Source: Camelus dromedarius (lineage: Eukaryota). Taken from it: a DNA stretch of 60,000 bases. Both the position numbers and the translations under genes were made by a program. Numbering within the stretch: the stretch's first letter is position 1; each line of letters starts with the position of its first letter. This document shows positions 25,700 through 39,031 of the stretch, one piece after another. The stretch is taken from the NCBI RefSeq assembly GCF_036321535.1, contig NC_087436.1:93064001-93124000 (forward strand). The letters run 5' to 3'. Below the pieces are notes generated by a model, which saw only the letters and a program-made list of their open reading frames with translations, was not told where the DNA came from and did no database searches.

Positions 25700-25906
25700 T
25701 AAATGTGCATTGACTTTTTATATCTGGGCAAAACCCTATACTCCCTCCTCCCAATTAAAGACAAATCATGTCTTTTAAGATTTGGTTTATTAGAAGTCTT
25801 TTGCTCCTTGAAAGACAGGAACTTTACACACTCCAGACAAGTACTACTGTTATTTTTGTATCTATCGGCAATGTCTTGGGTGCACAATTCAAACACATAC
25901 TTTGAG

Positions 25907-26082
25907 CCAGTGGTTTTCAGAGTGTGGTCCCTGGATCTGCGGCATCACCTTTGGGAACTTGTTAGAGATGTGTCCCCAGCCCAGACCTGCTCAATCAGAC
26001 ACTGCACGGGTGGGGCCCAGGGAGCTGCATTTTACCCAGTCCTGCAGGAGACCCTGCCACCTTCTCGTGTTTGAAAACTACC
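25907..26082. mobile_element. MER5A hAT-Charlie element
   Basis: cagtggttttcagagtgtggtccc...gtttgaaaactac termini. Confidence 0.8.
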
Positions 26083-26204
26083 CAAAGCTCCATCTCTACA
26101 ATACAAACACTCCCATTTTAAGGTAAGTGTTTAAAAATAGTTTGCTCCTGCCTGGCATCCTGCTCCACTTCTACTCCTCCTGCAACTGTTCTGCAACCAC
26201 TAGA

Positions 26205-26432
26205 TTATATTATTAGTGCTTATTCTGGGCCAGGTGTTGCACTAAATGCTTTTTTTGGTTTATCTCATTGAATCCTTCCAACATCCTATGAAGTTGGTAC
26301 TGTTATTATTTCCAGTTTGCAGATGGCAGAGATTTGGGAGAACTTGGTGGGGACGGCCACACAGGTAACGACTAGAGGCGTCAGAATTCGAACCCAGGCA
26401 GTGTCCCCAGAGCCTGCAGCTCTAATTACAGC
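26205..26432 (-). mobile_element. MIR SINE
   Basis: atcctatgaagttggtactgttattatttccagtttgcagatg...gaattcgaacccaggcag. Confidence 0.8.
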
Positions 26433-28165
26433 TTCCTGAGCCACACGAGAGTACGGAACAAGCATAGGACAAATTCTGTCTTGAAGAATAATTTTTGAAA
26501 TGCTCGAGTGCTACTAAATTTAATTTTGAATCATTTGACTTAGATAAAGCATGAAATAAAGTCCCTTATTCAACAGCACATTTTACAAAATTGAAATGCC
26601 TTAATGAAACATAAAAACATGGAAGACAATAAAACTAATTAATATGGCTTAAAATATGTACTTCCTCTCTATGTTACTTATCAGCACAATTTAAAAGTGC
26701 TAGAAATAGGGCAGAATTAAAACCTAAATAGGGACAATTGTTGTCCCAGTTCTAAGAATTTATTTTTGTTAATTCTCTTCAGGACAGTAAGGCTGACAAA
26801 TTTAAAACAAATGCTTTGAAGACAATATTGAACTTGTTTCCACATTAAGAAACTAGTGATCATCAGTCTGTGTACTGATTAACTCCCTCCCAAGTGCTTC
26901 CTGCTGTGTAGACAGAGCCCAGGGTATCTCCCAGCCATCAACAAAGACTAACAGAAGCCAACTTGGATTCTACCACATAAGTGCCCGTCCTCGAAAAGAA
27001 AAGTAAAAATACATTGCCAGCCACAATGACCCTGTACATCCTCTCTTTGCCTGGACTGATAAATCTATAACATGTCCTAGAGAAAGGACACTAAAAAAGA
27101 AAAACAAGAAACCTTACAGTTCTTGCCTCCTGAACTCTAGCAGTAAAGACAGAGAATTCACGCCAGTAAAGCCCAGTAGCCTGTCTCTCGTGAAGCACAG
27201 TCCCTCTGGATCATGGAGTCCTCAGGACCCCTCTTCCCACTGTTCACAGCCATAAGGCTCCTTCTTGTGGTCGTGGGCACCCAGGGTTCTTACCAAGATA
27301 CAGGGGTTCAAGTTGGGTTCTTAAAGAGTAAAGGGGTGAATTCACCACCTATGCATGGCCTAAAGGTACCTGGGGAGTTTGCAGTGGTCAATGACACTTT
27401 AAGATCTTCTAAGGCCCTAAACTCCCATATTTTTAGAGGCCACCCCCCAACCCCCGACATTACATCAAATGTATTAAAATGTATCAAACATATGAAACAT
27501 ATTATCCTCAGCCTATATGTATGTGCACAAGACAATATATATCCTCTCTCTCATATATATATGAATATAATAAATATATTCTTGCTTTAAAGAATTTTTG
27601 GAGAGATTAAAGTTTTTGGTTATGAGTAACACATTTAATCTATGATGGTGAATGATTTCTCAGTAATCATCATGTATCTCCAGAACTATTACAGAGTGAG
27701 AAAATCTACTTTCTTCCAAAACCATTGTCAAGTTAAATGGATATTTTAGGAGGACTAGACAATTAACCAATTAACAATGAGTGAAATTGACATAATATTA
27801 AGATCATATACTTTTTATTAAAGTTACTGATATTTTTATTTTGTAATTTTTATTTTTTTTACATTTGAGAGCCAATAAAATTTATTTTCAGGTCTCAAAT
27901 ACTTGTGTAGGCTCGCTTGTGCCTAGAGTGCCTGGCTGGCCAAGTGGCCTTGGCAGCTGGGATTCCTGGCTAAGCCAACAGAAAACAAAATGCAGCCTCA
28001 GGTTCCATTCTGAAGGTAACTCAGTCATCGTGGATTCCACAAACACCACGGCTAAAGGCACATCCACACAAAGGAGGTAACATGCCTTTAAAATAGAGGC
28101 TATTTCGCTAGAGGTGGGCCCAGTGGAATATGTAGAACTGAAAGAAAACATTTCCTTCTTTTTAC

Positions 28166-28271
28166 CTTGAGAACTCGGAGTTGGCAAATGTGACTGGTTG
28201 GTTTCAGGCATTTTGTCCAGAAATGGAAACGTCAGGGTTGCTTCTGGTTCTGGAGACTTTGGCTTTCCCAC
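28166..28271 (-). CDS. LIMCH1: LIMCH1 exon [22 protein letters not shown]...PSSQ (106 nt)
   Basis: tccag acceptor, gtaaaa donor. Confidence 0.95.
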
Positions 28272-30579
28272 CTGGACCATGGGTAACAGACATAAACATC
28301 ACAAGCACTGTCCACTAGTAAATGCAATAAAAAATTTAAGGCTCCACGGCTATTACGTAAGTCTACAAACCCAAACATTTACATTTTAAATGGAAAATTC
28401 TGCCCCTTCTCCAAACCCCCTTCATGCTTTTCTACATTAATATAGAGCTTAGTTTTTCAGAGAAATCAAGCTAGAGCATAAACATTTGATGATCACTTTT
28501 CTCCAGACTCAGATGACAGTATTCCATCTCTGAGATTATACATCACTCTGTCTCATTTTCTTACTGGGATCAAACACAGATTCTCTTCTTGGTACTGAAC
28601 TTGTAATGTCAGGAAGTCAGATGCTCCACATAAGATTAAAAAAAAAAACCCTTATTACATAAATAGTAAATATTTAAGTAATATTACCTTCTAATGCACA
28701 TTATTCTTGAGACATTACGTAACATCCTACAAATTTGGGCAAAGCACATTAAAGACAACGTACCTTGCCTGTTGACAAAGGAGCAGTATTATAAATAACC
28801 ATCATCTCGAACAGTGTCATAGTGACGATGCCCTTAAGGGATTTTTGAGGCATGAGATCATACATGGCCTTATGGTAAATGGCTCCAAAATTACAGGCTT
28901 TAAAAATTGTTTTGTAAAAATATATTTTTCCTGTTATTGTTATATAATCTTATTTTGTTTCTCCCCCATCTGCATGGCCTTTGGTAGAAGCACCCTCCTT
29001 CCTTTTTGTCGCTGAAAGACAAGATAACCAAACTCATGACTAAAATAAGACTCAGTAGACTCTGAGCAAAGACCGGAATGAGGAGCTTGGCTGTATCCGT
29101 TCATGTCCTTTCAGTTGCTTTCAGGACTTTCTCTGATTCACTGCCTGGCGGCTCTGTTCCCAGGAGATTAATTTGATAGCCAGTAGGACAAGTGAGGCTA
29201 TGTTTCATCATAAGCTGATCTATAATTTGGGCCTCAGGATGATTTAATGTATAGATTTTCTCTTTAGTAGGATTTTATTTTTCTGGATAAATAATATATT
29301 CCACCCTAATGGAATCCTAAAGAAACTACAGTTAGTCATTCAGCATCACAGAGTCAACCAGATGTCCTAATGAACTTCTGTGTCAAACATGCAGCAAAAA
29401 CTAAGCCCCAGACACACCCATGTTAACAACCCTCAAATCTCAACTGCATACCATATCTTCCATGGTGGAGTTGGACAAAAATGTGCTTTGGATAATGCCC
29501 GGTTGTAAATGAAACAGTTAACTATCAGCAGAAATGCTCAAAATAACCACTACGTAAAAAGGTCAGGCTGTGTGCATGGGCATTTTGCTTTATAATGGTA
29601 ATGCTCTCAAGAGAGGTCAGGTAAAAGCTGTTACAACCATTGTCATCCCCTTCCTCTAAAAGCTAACTGTACAGTAGGCAAAGGAGAAATCCACAGGGTG
29701 TGACAAGTATTGGGTTAGAAGACCATTATTCCATTTGCTAATCGACTAGCAGAAATTCTTAACCTGGAGCCCACAGGACAGAACTCAGACAGTACATGTA
29801 CTTGGTCCCAACTGACACCAAGGAAAACTTGGTAATCCTGTGTATTTTATGCTTCAAAAACATTATTCTGAGAATAAAGTTTACCAGATGGACAAAGGGT
29901 ACACGGTGCACAAGCACACACACATATGGCAGAGTTAAGAGCCCCTGAAAACAATTTTTCCATAGTACGGAAGGTGTGGCTCTGGTGGTCTGAAGACAGA
30001 TCACACAGATGAGGTACGCGGAGGGATGTTTTTTATGTTACGGTATTCGTTTTGTTTGATTTAAAAAATGTATTTTCTAGCAGTGATGTAGAGTTTCCCT
30101 ATCAGCTTATATTTATGTAGGAAAGAAGGTCAATTTGGAATAAGAATAAATAAATAATGGTTACAAGTGTAATGTGGATAAGGCAACACCTGCAAAGGCA
30201 GGAAATCCTGTCTGACCCCAGTGTTTTTCCTCCAGTTTAGTTCTTCCTTTCAGACTTCTGAAGCATCTTTTAATCCTCTATGCATAAAATCCTCTATGTA
30301 TAAAAATCCTCTATGGGAAATAGCGAGAGTCTGAAATCCCCAGATGGCATTACGGCATCTGAGGCTCCACCAAAGACACAGCATTCTCAGCATCTTAAGG
30401 TCGGGGCGGTGTCTTGTTTACAGGTCTGCACAGCGCCTGGCACATGGTAGGTGCACAGAGCAGACGATGTATGAACTGGAACCAAAAGGGGTAAATTTTT
30501 CACTCTAAAGTCAAGTCCAAGTTCAGGGTTAACTTTTGAAGTTGGAACACCACCACATATAGTATCCACGCACAAGCCA

Positions 30580-30732
30580 GCTGTTCCCTGTCTTGATGAC
30601 CCATCAGAATCATCTGGGAGCTTTTAAAAATACAGATGCCTGGGCCTTGCTCCCAGAGATTCTGATTTCTGTAACCTCGAGTGTGCTTGGTATTTATTAA
30701 ATTCTAAAGGGTAGCCAAGGTTGAGGATAATT
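30580..30732. mobile_element. MER5B-like remnant
   Basis: catcagaatcatctgggagctttttaaaaatacagatgcctgggcc. Confidence 0.7.
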
Positions 30733-31282
30733 GGTATAAAAGATGAAGATTTTCAGACTCTGTGCCTGAAAACAAACCAAATTATTATGAATGAGATGAG
30801 ACTCCAAACAAAGAAGAAATTTAATAAAAACAAGACATTAAAACCCATTATATCAGAATAATAATTTTCTAGTTTCCTTGTCCTTCAAGTTCAGAGGCAT
30901 CAGAAGTACCATTGCTATAAAACAAGTAAATATTAGAAAGAAAATATGGAGTAAGCTACAAATAAGCAAGATCATGCCCAGCAAACTAAAACCTAAATGC
31001 AAAGCTTTCTAACAGATATCTATACTACATTCTCTTTTAAATGTATCAATTCTTTATAAAGAAAAAGTAATCATTTAAAATAAATTTTCAAAGATGTTTA
31101 ATGAATATATATACCAATATACCAATTATTCTTAATAGAGAGGCAGGTTTCAGTGACTTTTTCTCTCTTGCTCTATGTTTTTTATTTCCACATTTTTCTA
31201 TACATATATTCACATATGTTATTTGATAGATTTGTTATATATTTATATCACTATAAATATAAACATACATTAGAATATATAG

Positions 31283-31638
31283 CTATATATTGTTTATGTT
31301 GCCCAAAATTCATACGTTGAAACCCCAACCCCCAAGGTGACGGGAGTGGGAGGTGGGCCTTTGGGAGATGATTAGGTCATGGGGACAGAGTCATCATGAA
31401 TGGCATTAGTGTCCTTAAAAAAAAGACTCAGAAGCGCTCCCTGCTCCTTCCACCAAGAGAGTACGCAGCAAGAAGACAGCCAGCTGTGAACCAGGAAGTG
31501 GGTTCTCACTAGACATCAAATCTGCTGGCACCTGATCTTGGAGTTCTCAGCCTCCAGAACTGAGGGAAATAAATTTCTGTTGTGTATAAGCCACCCAGTC
31601 ATGGTTTTCTGTTATAGCTACCCAAAGGGACTAAGATA
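31283..31638 (+). mobile_element. MLT1A-type MaLR solo LTR
   Basis: aaaattcatacgttgaaacc...cagcctccagaactgagggaaataaatttctgttg...gactaaga. Confidence 0.9.
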
Positions 31639-31830
31639 TCTTTCTACATGAATTTAAATTTTTTTGCAATGAACATGCATTATATTTGTATTTAGAAAAA
31701 ATATAGATAAAAGATAGGAGAAAAGATTAGGAGAGAAAATAAACCCTCATTACGAAGTGGTGCCCCTGCAGCAGCCGGCAGCAGGTGAAGCCACGTGAAT
31801 CGTGGGTCTAAGGGCTTTATCCCACCTCAC

Positions 31831-31994
31831 CTTTTGTGACAGCACCAACTCCACCTTCCCACTCATTTCATTCTCTGGTTTCTTCTGGTCTTTCTCTTCT
31901 GGCACCTCGTTCTTCAGCTGGGGGCTGGGGGAAAGCTCCACAAAGGCCACGGTCGGGCTGGCTCGAGTCACAGTTGTCGTAAAATGTTGTGGCT
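31831..31994 (-). CDS. LIMCH1: LIMCH1 exon [11 protein letters not shown]...VELVLSQK (164 nt)
   Basis: tttcag acceptor, gtgagg donor. Confidence 0.96.
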
Positions 31995-32060
31995 CTGAAA
32001 TGGAGTTACATTCAGAAGCGTAGAGAAGACGACGAAAACCAGGTAAAGGATCCCTGGTCC

Positions 32061-32495
32061 TACTGCGAACGAAAAATACTGCAAACCATATCAGTAAACA
32101 AAGAATGCAAGCCTGCAGCCCGGCCTCTGCAGCCACTCACAGTGGTGCACTCTGAAGGGACCCAGAATAAAAGAGGACAGGACACTGGCCCTAGATAGCT
32201 AGGTGCTTGTCAAAGGAATGAATTCAATGAGCCCAAATGTGTGCTTCCTCCCATACATAGAAAAGCACTAAATTCTTTAACTTGAGATGCCTGGTTTTCT
32301 TTAGATAACAAATAATCTTTTATTGTTCCAACAACCTGGTCTTTGTTGTAAAGCTCCTATATAGCCTAGCTCCTCCCCTACCTCTTCGGAGCAGTCCCTC
32401 AGAGCGAACTAAGAGGCTGTCATCCCGGCTCAAGTCCTCCCACCAAATAAAACATAACTCTCAACTTTTAGGCTGCACATTTATTTCAGTCGACA
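32061..32495 (+). mobile_element. ERV1-class solo LTR of cetartiodactyl type
   Basis: ccatatcagtaaacaaag 5' part, TATA-like cctatatag, AATAAA 32446-32451, terminal ttcagtcgaca. Confidence 0.85.
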
Positions 32496-32957
32496 CTGCC
32501 ATGCCACTGAGTACACCGAGGACCTATCCTGTGCCGGGCGACACAAAGCTGGATGACAGTGTGATGCGAGTATACAAGAGTGTCAGATGCTGGAGTTCTC
32601 TAAGCTGTTTCGTGATATTATTTACAAAATCAAGCAACATAAAAACATCAAAGAACCCCACTGTGAAAAACTTAAGTTCTGAACAAGAGTCATGGTTTAC
32701 ATATGAATAACACCACATGAAATAAAATGCTGACATGAAATATTAAGACAGGTGGGCTGGGCGGGAGAACATTTATAGATAATTTCTATCCAGATGAGTG
32801 GCAGCCTGACTCTTCCTTTTGTATTTCGATGTTCCTTTTTAACGTCATGTTTTCATAACTGAAGTGTGTTAAGGATTGTATAGTTTCTATAATGCAATGA
32901 AAGGTACATGTTCTCGGATCTATAAGGAAGAATCTGGTACACCCTATAGTGGGTGGA

Positions 32958-33095
32958 GGTGGGAAGGGTATAGCTTAGTGATAAAGTGTGTGCTTAGCAC
33001 GAACGAGGTCCTGGATTCAATCCTCAGTACCTCCATTAAAATACATACATACAGACAGACAGACCTAAAAAAATGTAAATATATAAATAAATAAA
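32958..33095 (+). mobile_element. tRNA-derived camelid-type SINE
   Basis: gggtatagcttagtg (A box)...ggattcaatcc (B box), simple-repeat/A-rich tail. Confidence 0.85.
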
Positions 33096-33630
33096 GTGGC
33101 TGGAAAAGTCACCACCTGAGGGGGCATATCAAAATGTGGAGTGCAGTCTAGTTTGAAAAATATATGCTAAAATTTTCAGTAATGACATTTATTTTAAGAT
33201 GCTGTTTAAAAATAATTTGGTATTAGAAGAGGGTGAGAGGTATTTATTTATTTTAAAAATAAAAAATTTTTACCAAAAGAAAAAAAAATGTGTTAAAATA
33301 CTGAGAAATATTACTTCATGGAAGAGAGGGTCTTCATTCATACCCATTGTTCATATTTGTGTTACTATTTTACTCTTTCAAGTTATTCACCAGATTTATT
33401 ATTCCAGCACCTATTTTCCTGGTATATTTTTTAAGCTGTCTTATCTATCGCTGTTACTTTGTGTTAAAACATAACCCTAGGTTTTTAGCATTATTTACTT
33501 GGGGAAATACAATCTTTTTATGATGATGGAGATAAACTTTCAATGAAACAAAACAAAACAAGGTAGTAAAAAAGCATAGGTTCCTGTTTATACCAAGATA
33601 AATCATATGGTCAGAATTTCTCCCAGGAAG

Positions 33631-33646
33631 CCACTAGGTGGCAGCA
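33631..33646 (+). promoter_or_regulatory. Candidate CTCF motif CCACTAGGTGGCAGCA
   Basis: Matches the CCASYAGRKGGCRS consensus; motif only. Confidence 0.65.
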
Positions 33647-33752
33647 CAACCACATCAGTTATAGGACCTCATTGACTACCTTCCTTGACTGTTTTTATTG
33701 TATCCTGAGTTATCATGATTTACCTTAAAACTAGTCTGTTATAAAAACAAAC

Positions 33753-33843
33753 CTGATGAGGCAACTTCTGTATTCCCTTTTTCTGTTTTTTCACCATCAT
33801 TCTCATCTTCTTGGCTGTTTGCTTCAGTTTCTTCAGTGGTTGC
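33753..33843 (-). CDS. LIMCH1: LIMCH1 exon ATTEETEANSQEDENDGEKTEKGNTEVASS (91 nt)
   Basis: ttttag acceptor, gtttgt donor; phase 0/1 fits neighbours. Confidence 0.94.
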
Positions 33844-34299
33844 CTAAAAGAAAGATTTTTTCCACCTTGAATAAATAATCTCTTTGAAGGTTCTGAAAGG
33901 TAAAGGATTTCTTCCTTTGTTTTTTTTTTTTTTTTTTTCCTACTAGTAATCTTTAGGCCAACAAGGTGAGTTTCCTATCTGAATTCATTCTTTTCTATTT
34001 CCTAGGTAGCTTTATGGTGAAAGGCTGGGTTTGTTGGAAGGAGACATTCCATGAAGGAGAACAGAAGGGTTAAAGGGGCACCAGGTTACGGGGCAGACAT
34101 ACCCCCACACCTCCCCACCTCCTCTGGCTGCCTCAGAGGCACATCCCCACTTTCTACTTCCTTTCACCACCAAATTTCCAAAACCATAGTTTCCACCCAC
34201 TTCCTCCCAAATGCCTTTAAAGTTGGCTTAGGGTCAAATCCAGTGAAAAACATTTTTTTTTTAAGATTCCAGTTAACCTCTCAGTAGCTTGTCTTCAGC

Positions 34300-35040
34300 A
34301 TAGATGCTAGTGGCTCTTAGCATTGTGGATTTCACTCTTGAAGTTCCCTTCCTTCCTGGACTCCTAACAATTCTCTGTTACCCAAGTTCTCATTTTCATT
34401 CTGTTTCTTGCTTGCTCGCTTTCTCCCTCCCCTCCTCCTCTTCTCTTACTGGTTCTTATTCCTTTTCTTGTTAGACTATGGGTCATTCCTAAAGACCTCA
34501 ACTGTCTTCCTCCACCTGTGCAGAATCACCCTCAAACGTGTCAGTTACTCCCACAGGCTCACCATTACATTGTCTATCCATTTATCACTTGCACGCTCAC
34601 CTCCAGCCCTGAGAGTCCATCAAAGCTTCAGTTTGGCTGAGCTGACCATCAGTGTCATGGTAAATGGCTCATAATCAATCTGTTAACAGTTACCTTCAAA
34701 TAAGCCCCTCCTCCACATCTGATCATTCTTGTTTATGGCATTAGTTTTCCCCACCACACATATCACACTTTGAAGTATTTCCTGACTCATCCTTCATCAG
34801 TGCCCATCATTTGCCAAGTCCTGCCAGGGTCCTAACACAATAGCCTTCATATCCATCTCTTCTTTCCTGTTCCTACAGCTTGGTCCCCAGTTCAGCCTTC
34901 ACTCCCTTGTGCTTCCACCAAGGAGCCCCCCTGACTTGGAGCTTGTTGCCTGACCCCCTCGGGACGGCAGCACGATGCTCCCCTCTCTCAGTAGTACTTC
35001 AGTTCATCACTTTTATGCTTGTGTTCCTCCCTCTCAGTAC
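34300..35040. mobile_element. L2 remnant
   Basis: Pyrimidine-rich degenerate L2-like motifs (cctgactcatcc, ccaagtcctg). Confidence 0.5.
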
Positions 35041-35089
35041 TGCCTCAACTGTTAGTTTTATGCCCGATGGAACTAATAACATTAAAAGA

Positions 35090-35520
35090 ATTTGAAACAA
35101 CCTGAATGTCCAATAATTGGAGAATGGTTGAATGAAGTGCTACATACCTATAAAACATTATGCAGTCATAAAAATGGTGTTCAACAATAGTTAATGATAT
35201 GTGAACATATTATTATCTAAACTTACTATCTAATGTTAAGTTAAAAAATGTAAACTATATATACAGTATGATGCCTATACATACAAGATTTTCTATATGT
35301 TATGTGTACACAAGTACACTTGCTAATACATATATCAAAAATGTATATAAAAAGACAGTAAGGAAATACACTAAAATGTTCACAGTGATTACTTTTAATG
35401 TGCTTCAATTTTGGATGACTTTCCTTCTTTTAAAATATATTTCCTATATTTTCTGTATTCCAAAATGTTCCACAATGACTATGCTGTGTATTACTTGTGT
35501 AATCAGAAAACAAAATCTAT
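35090..35520 (+). mobile_element. Old L1 (L1ME-like) 3' UTR
   Basis: aacaacctgaatgtccaataattggagaatggttgaat...ggaaatacactaaaatgtt. Confidence 0.7.
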
Positions 35521-35959
35521 GTAACTTTAAATTATCTTTAGTTGGGAGCTAATTGACTCTATAGTGAATCCAAAATTCTCCCACTGATATTATAATAAAT
35601 ACTGGCTAGAATATACCTCAGCAACCAAAGAGAACAAGTTAATGTCTATAGTGTTTTTTAATAATAGTGTCTTATTACAAAGGGCTAAAGTTAAATTGTT
35701 TAAAGTGTGCAGGAACTATTTCATAAATTTTAAGAGGTTAAAATAAAGAATAAAACTGGTTTTAGAAAAGGCATTATTAAATACTTTATAAAATATCCCC
35801 ATGGGTTCTTAAAAATGTATGGATTTATTGGTCTTTCATAAGTATATATATTTCACTCATAAGTCAAAATTTCCCTTTCAAGTAACCAAAATGAAAGCCC
35901 TTTAAAGTTAATGCATTGGTGTAAATTGTCATTGAATTCTTTAAAAACAAAGAAACTTT

Positions 35960-38385
35960 ATGCAAGGATGCAATATATGCAAATTCATAAATGTGATACA
36001 TCATTCTAAAAAAATGATAAAAATCATATGATCATCTCAGTAGGTACAGAAAAAGCATTTGACAAAATTCAACATCCTTTCATGATAAAACCTCTCAGCA
36101 AATTAGGTATAGAAAAATGTATCTAAACATATAAAGGCCATAACTGACAAGCTCACAACTTACATCATACTTAATGGTGAACAGCTGAAAGCTTTTTGTC
36201 TAAGATCAGGAACAAATCAAGGGTGCTCACTCTCACCACTTCTAGTCAACATAGTATTGAAAGTCCTGGCCAGAGCAAACGGGCAAGAAAAAGGCATCCA
36301 GATTGGAAAAGAAGAAGTAAAATCATTTCTGTCTGCAGGTGAAATCATCTTATATAGAGAAAACCCTAAAGACTCCACCAAAAAAACCTGTTAAAATTAA
36401 TAAATGAATTCATTAACACTGTAGCACACAAAATCAATATAGAACTATCCAAAAAAAACAAATTAAGAAAACAATCCCATTTATAATAGCACCAAAAAGA
36501 ATAAAATACTTAGGAGTAAATTTAACCAAAGAGGTGAAAGATATGTACAATGAAAACTATAAAACTCTGATGAAAGAAATTGAAGAAGGCACACACAAAA
36601 AGGAAAGATCTCTTATATTTATGGGCTGGAAGAATTAATATTGTTAAAATAACCACACTACCCAAAGCAATCTATAGATTCAATGCAATCCCTATCAAAA
36701 TTCCAATGGTACTTTTCACAGAAACAGAAAAAACAACCCTAAAATTCATATGGAAATACAAAAGCAATCTTGAGCAAGAAGAACAAAGCTGGAGGCATTA
36801 CACTTCCTGATTTCAAACTATATTACCAAGCTACAAAAACCAAAACAGTTTGGTACTGGTATAAAAACAGACATGTAATATAGATCAATGGAACAGATTA
36901 GAGAACCTAGAAATCAACCCACATTTTTATGGTCAACTAATTTTTGACAGAGGCACCAAGAAGACAAAATGGGTAAAGGATAGTCTTTTCAATAAATGGT
37001 GTTTGGAAAACTGGGTATCCACACACAAAAGAATGAAACTGGACTCTTTATCTTACACCATACACAAAAGTCAATATCTAAATGGATTAAAGACTTTAAA
37101 GTAAGCCCTGAAAGCATAAAACTCTGAGGAGAAAACATGGAGAAATCTCTTTGGCATTGGTCTTAGCAATGACTTTTTTGGACTTGACACTAAAATCTCT
37201 GGCAACAAAAGCAAAAGTAAACAAGTAAGACTACATCAAACTAAAAAGTTTCTGCCCAGCAAAGGAAACAACTAACCAAATGAAAGGCGATCCACAGAAT
37301 GGGAGAAAAATATTTGCAAATTGTAAAACCAAAAAGGGATTGATATCAAAATATGTAAGGAACTATTACAATTCAATAGCCCAAAAAGCAAATCTCTCTA
37401 TTTAAAACTGGGAAAAGGACCTGAATAGACATTCTTCCAAAGAAGATATACAAATGGTCAACTGAAGTCAGGTATATGAAAAGATGTTCAATATCACTAA
37501 TCATCAGGGAAACCAAAACTACAGTGAAATATCACCTCACACCTGTTAGGGATGGTTATTACCAAAAAGTCAAAAGATGACAAGTGTTGTTAAGAATGTG
37601 GAGAAAAGGGAACTGTTGAACACTGATGGTGGGAATGTAAATTGGTACAGCCATTATGGAAAACTGAATGGAGGTTCCTCAAAAATTAAAAATAGAACTA
37701 TCATATGATCTAGCAATCCCATTTCTGGGTATGTATCCAAAGGAAATGTAATCACTATCTCGAAGAGATATGTGTACTCCCACATTCATTGAAGCATTAA
37801 TCAGAGTAGCCAAGATATGGAAATAACCTAAATGTTGATGGATGAATAGATAAAGAAAACGTGTATATATATTATTCATACATTCTGATACAACTATTAA
37901 TATTATATTCAAATATACAATATATACACACAAATATTAAAATTATGCATCCATATACAATGAAATATATGTGACAACATATGTGAACCTGGAGAACATT
38001 ATGCTGAGTGAAATAAGCCAGTCACAGAAAGACAAGTATTGCATGATCTCAGTTACATGTAAAATCTAAAAAATAAAAATTTAAAAAAGCCAGACCCATA
38101 GTAACAGAGAGTAGAGAGGTAGTTACCAGAGGCTAGGGTATGGGGGAAAGAGGGAGGGGAAAAAAAAGTCAAATGACTGTTGCCAGAGTCTGAGGGGAGG
38201 GGGCCAAGGGGGACCGATATTTAATGGGTACAGAGTTTCAGTTTTGCAAGATGGAGAGTCCTGGAGATGGATGGTGGTGATGGTTGCACAATAAAGTGAA
38301 TGTACTTAATACCACTAAACTGTCAACTTAAAAATGGTTAAGATAGTAAACTTTATTGTGTATTTTACCACAAAAAAATGGAAAA
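35960..38385 (+). mobile_element. 5'-truncated LINE-1 (L1MA/L1MB-like): decayed ORF2 RT/C-terminal region plus 3' UTR
   Basis: ORF 36580..36810 [26 protein letters not shown] is L1 ORF2p; stops and frameshifts elsewhere; L1 3' end near 38375. Confidence 0.95.
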
Positions 38386-38868
38386 GAATTCGTAAAAAAT
38401 TCTTTGCAAATTCTAGATGTTTAGAAAAAAAGACAATAAAGAAACCTGAAGCAACAAGCTTTTCAAGCAGCTGAAGGATTTTACAACAGCATCTAGTAGC
38501 AAAAATGTGCTTTTTTTTGGAGGATGGGGTGGCTTTGACATCCTCATAACTAGATGAGCATTTTCTAATGGTGGATAACATGTATCAATTCTGGAAGAAC
38601 ATAGTATTACATTAAAATGCACCTTTAAAACACTAGGCAGGAAATAAGCATCACATTTATATTACTTAATGGATTTTGAAACTTTTTAATATATCAACAA
38701 GCCTGAGTTGAAGCTCTTTAAGAGACTTAATGAGTAGAAATAGTTAAATAAATCAAAGTCTCTTTTATTATAGTGAAGTTACACATATATGCTGTGTGTG
38801 TGTGTGTCTGTGTATATTGTTTCATGAACAACTGATAAGATAGTAGCATTTAAAGATCAACCAGTCTA

Positions 38869-39031
38869 TGTATATAGCACAGGGAAATATATTCAATATC
38901 TTGTAGTAGCTTACAGTGAAAAAGAGTGTGAAAATGAATGTATGTATATTCATGCACGACTGAAGCATTGTGCTGTATACCAGAAACTGACACAACACTG
39001 TAAACTGACCATACATCAATTAAAAAAAAAA
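38869..39031 (+). mobile_element. Young lineage-specific L1 3'-end insertion with poly(A) and 13-bp TSD
   Basis: TSD ATCAACCAGTCTA at 38856-38868 and 39032-39044. Confidence 0.92.

Noticed and set aside
30272..30315. Three copies of AATCCTCTATG; similar short duplication at 17468-17499
   Set aside because: Simple slippage tandem duplications without unique spacers; not CRISPR-like or evidently functional.
32958..33030. tRNA-like sequence (also 52530-52600)
   Set aside because: These are heads of tRNA-derived SINEs with A-rich tails and TSDs, not tRNA genes.
36580..36810. Reverse-transcriptase-region ORF fragment as a novel RT system
   Set aside because: It is a decayed LINE-1 ORF2 piece inside a truncated L1 with stops and frameshifts.
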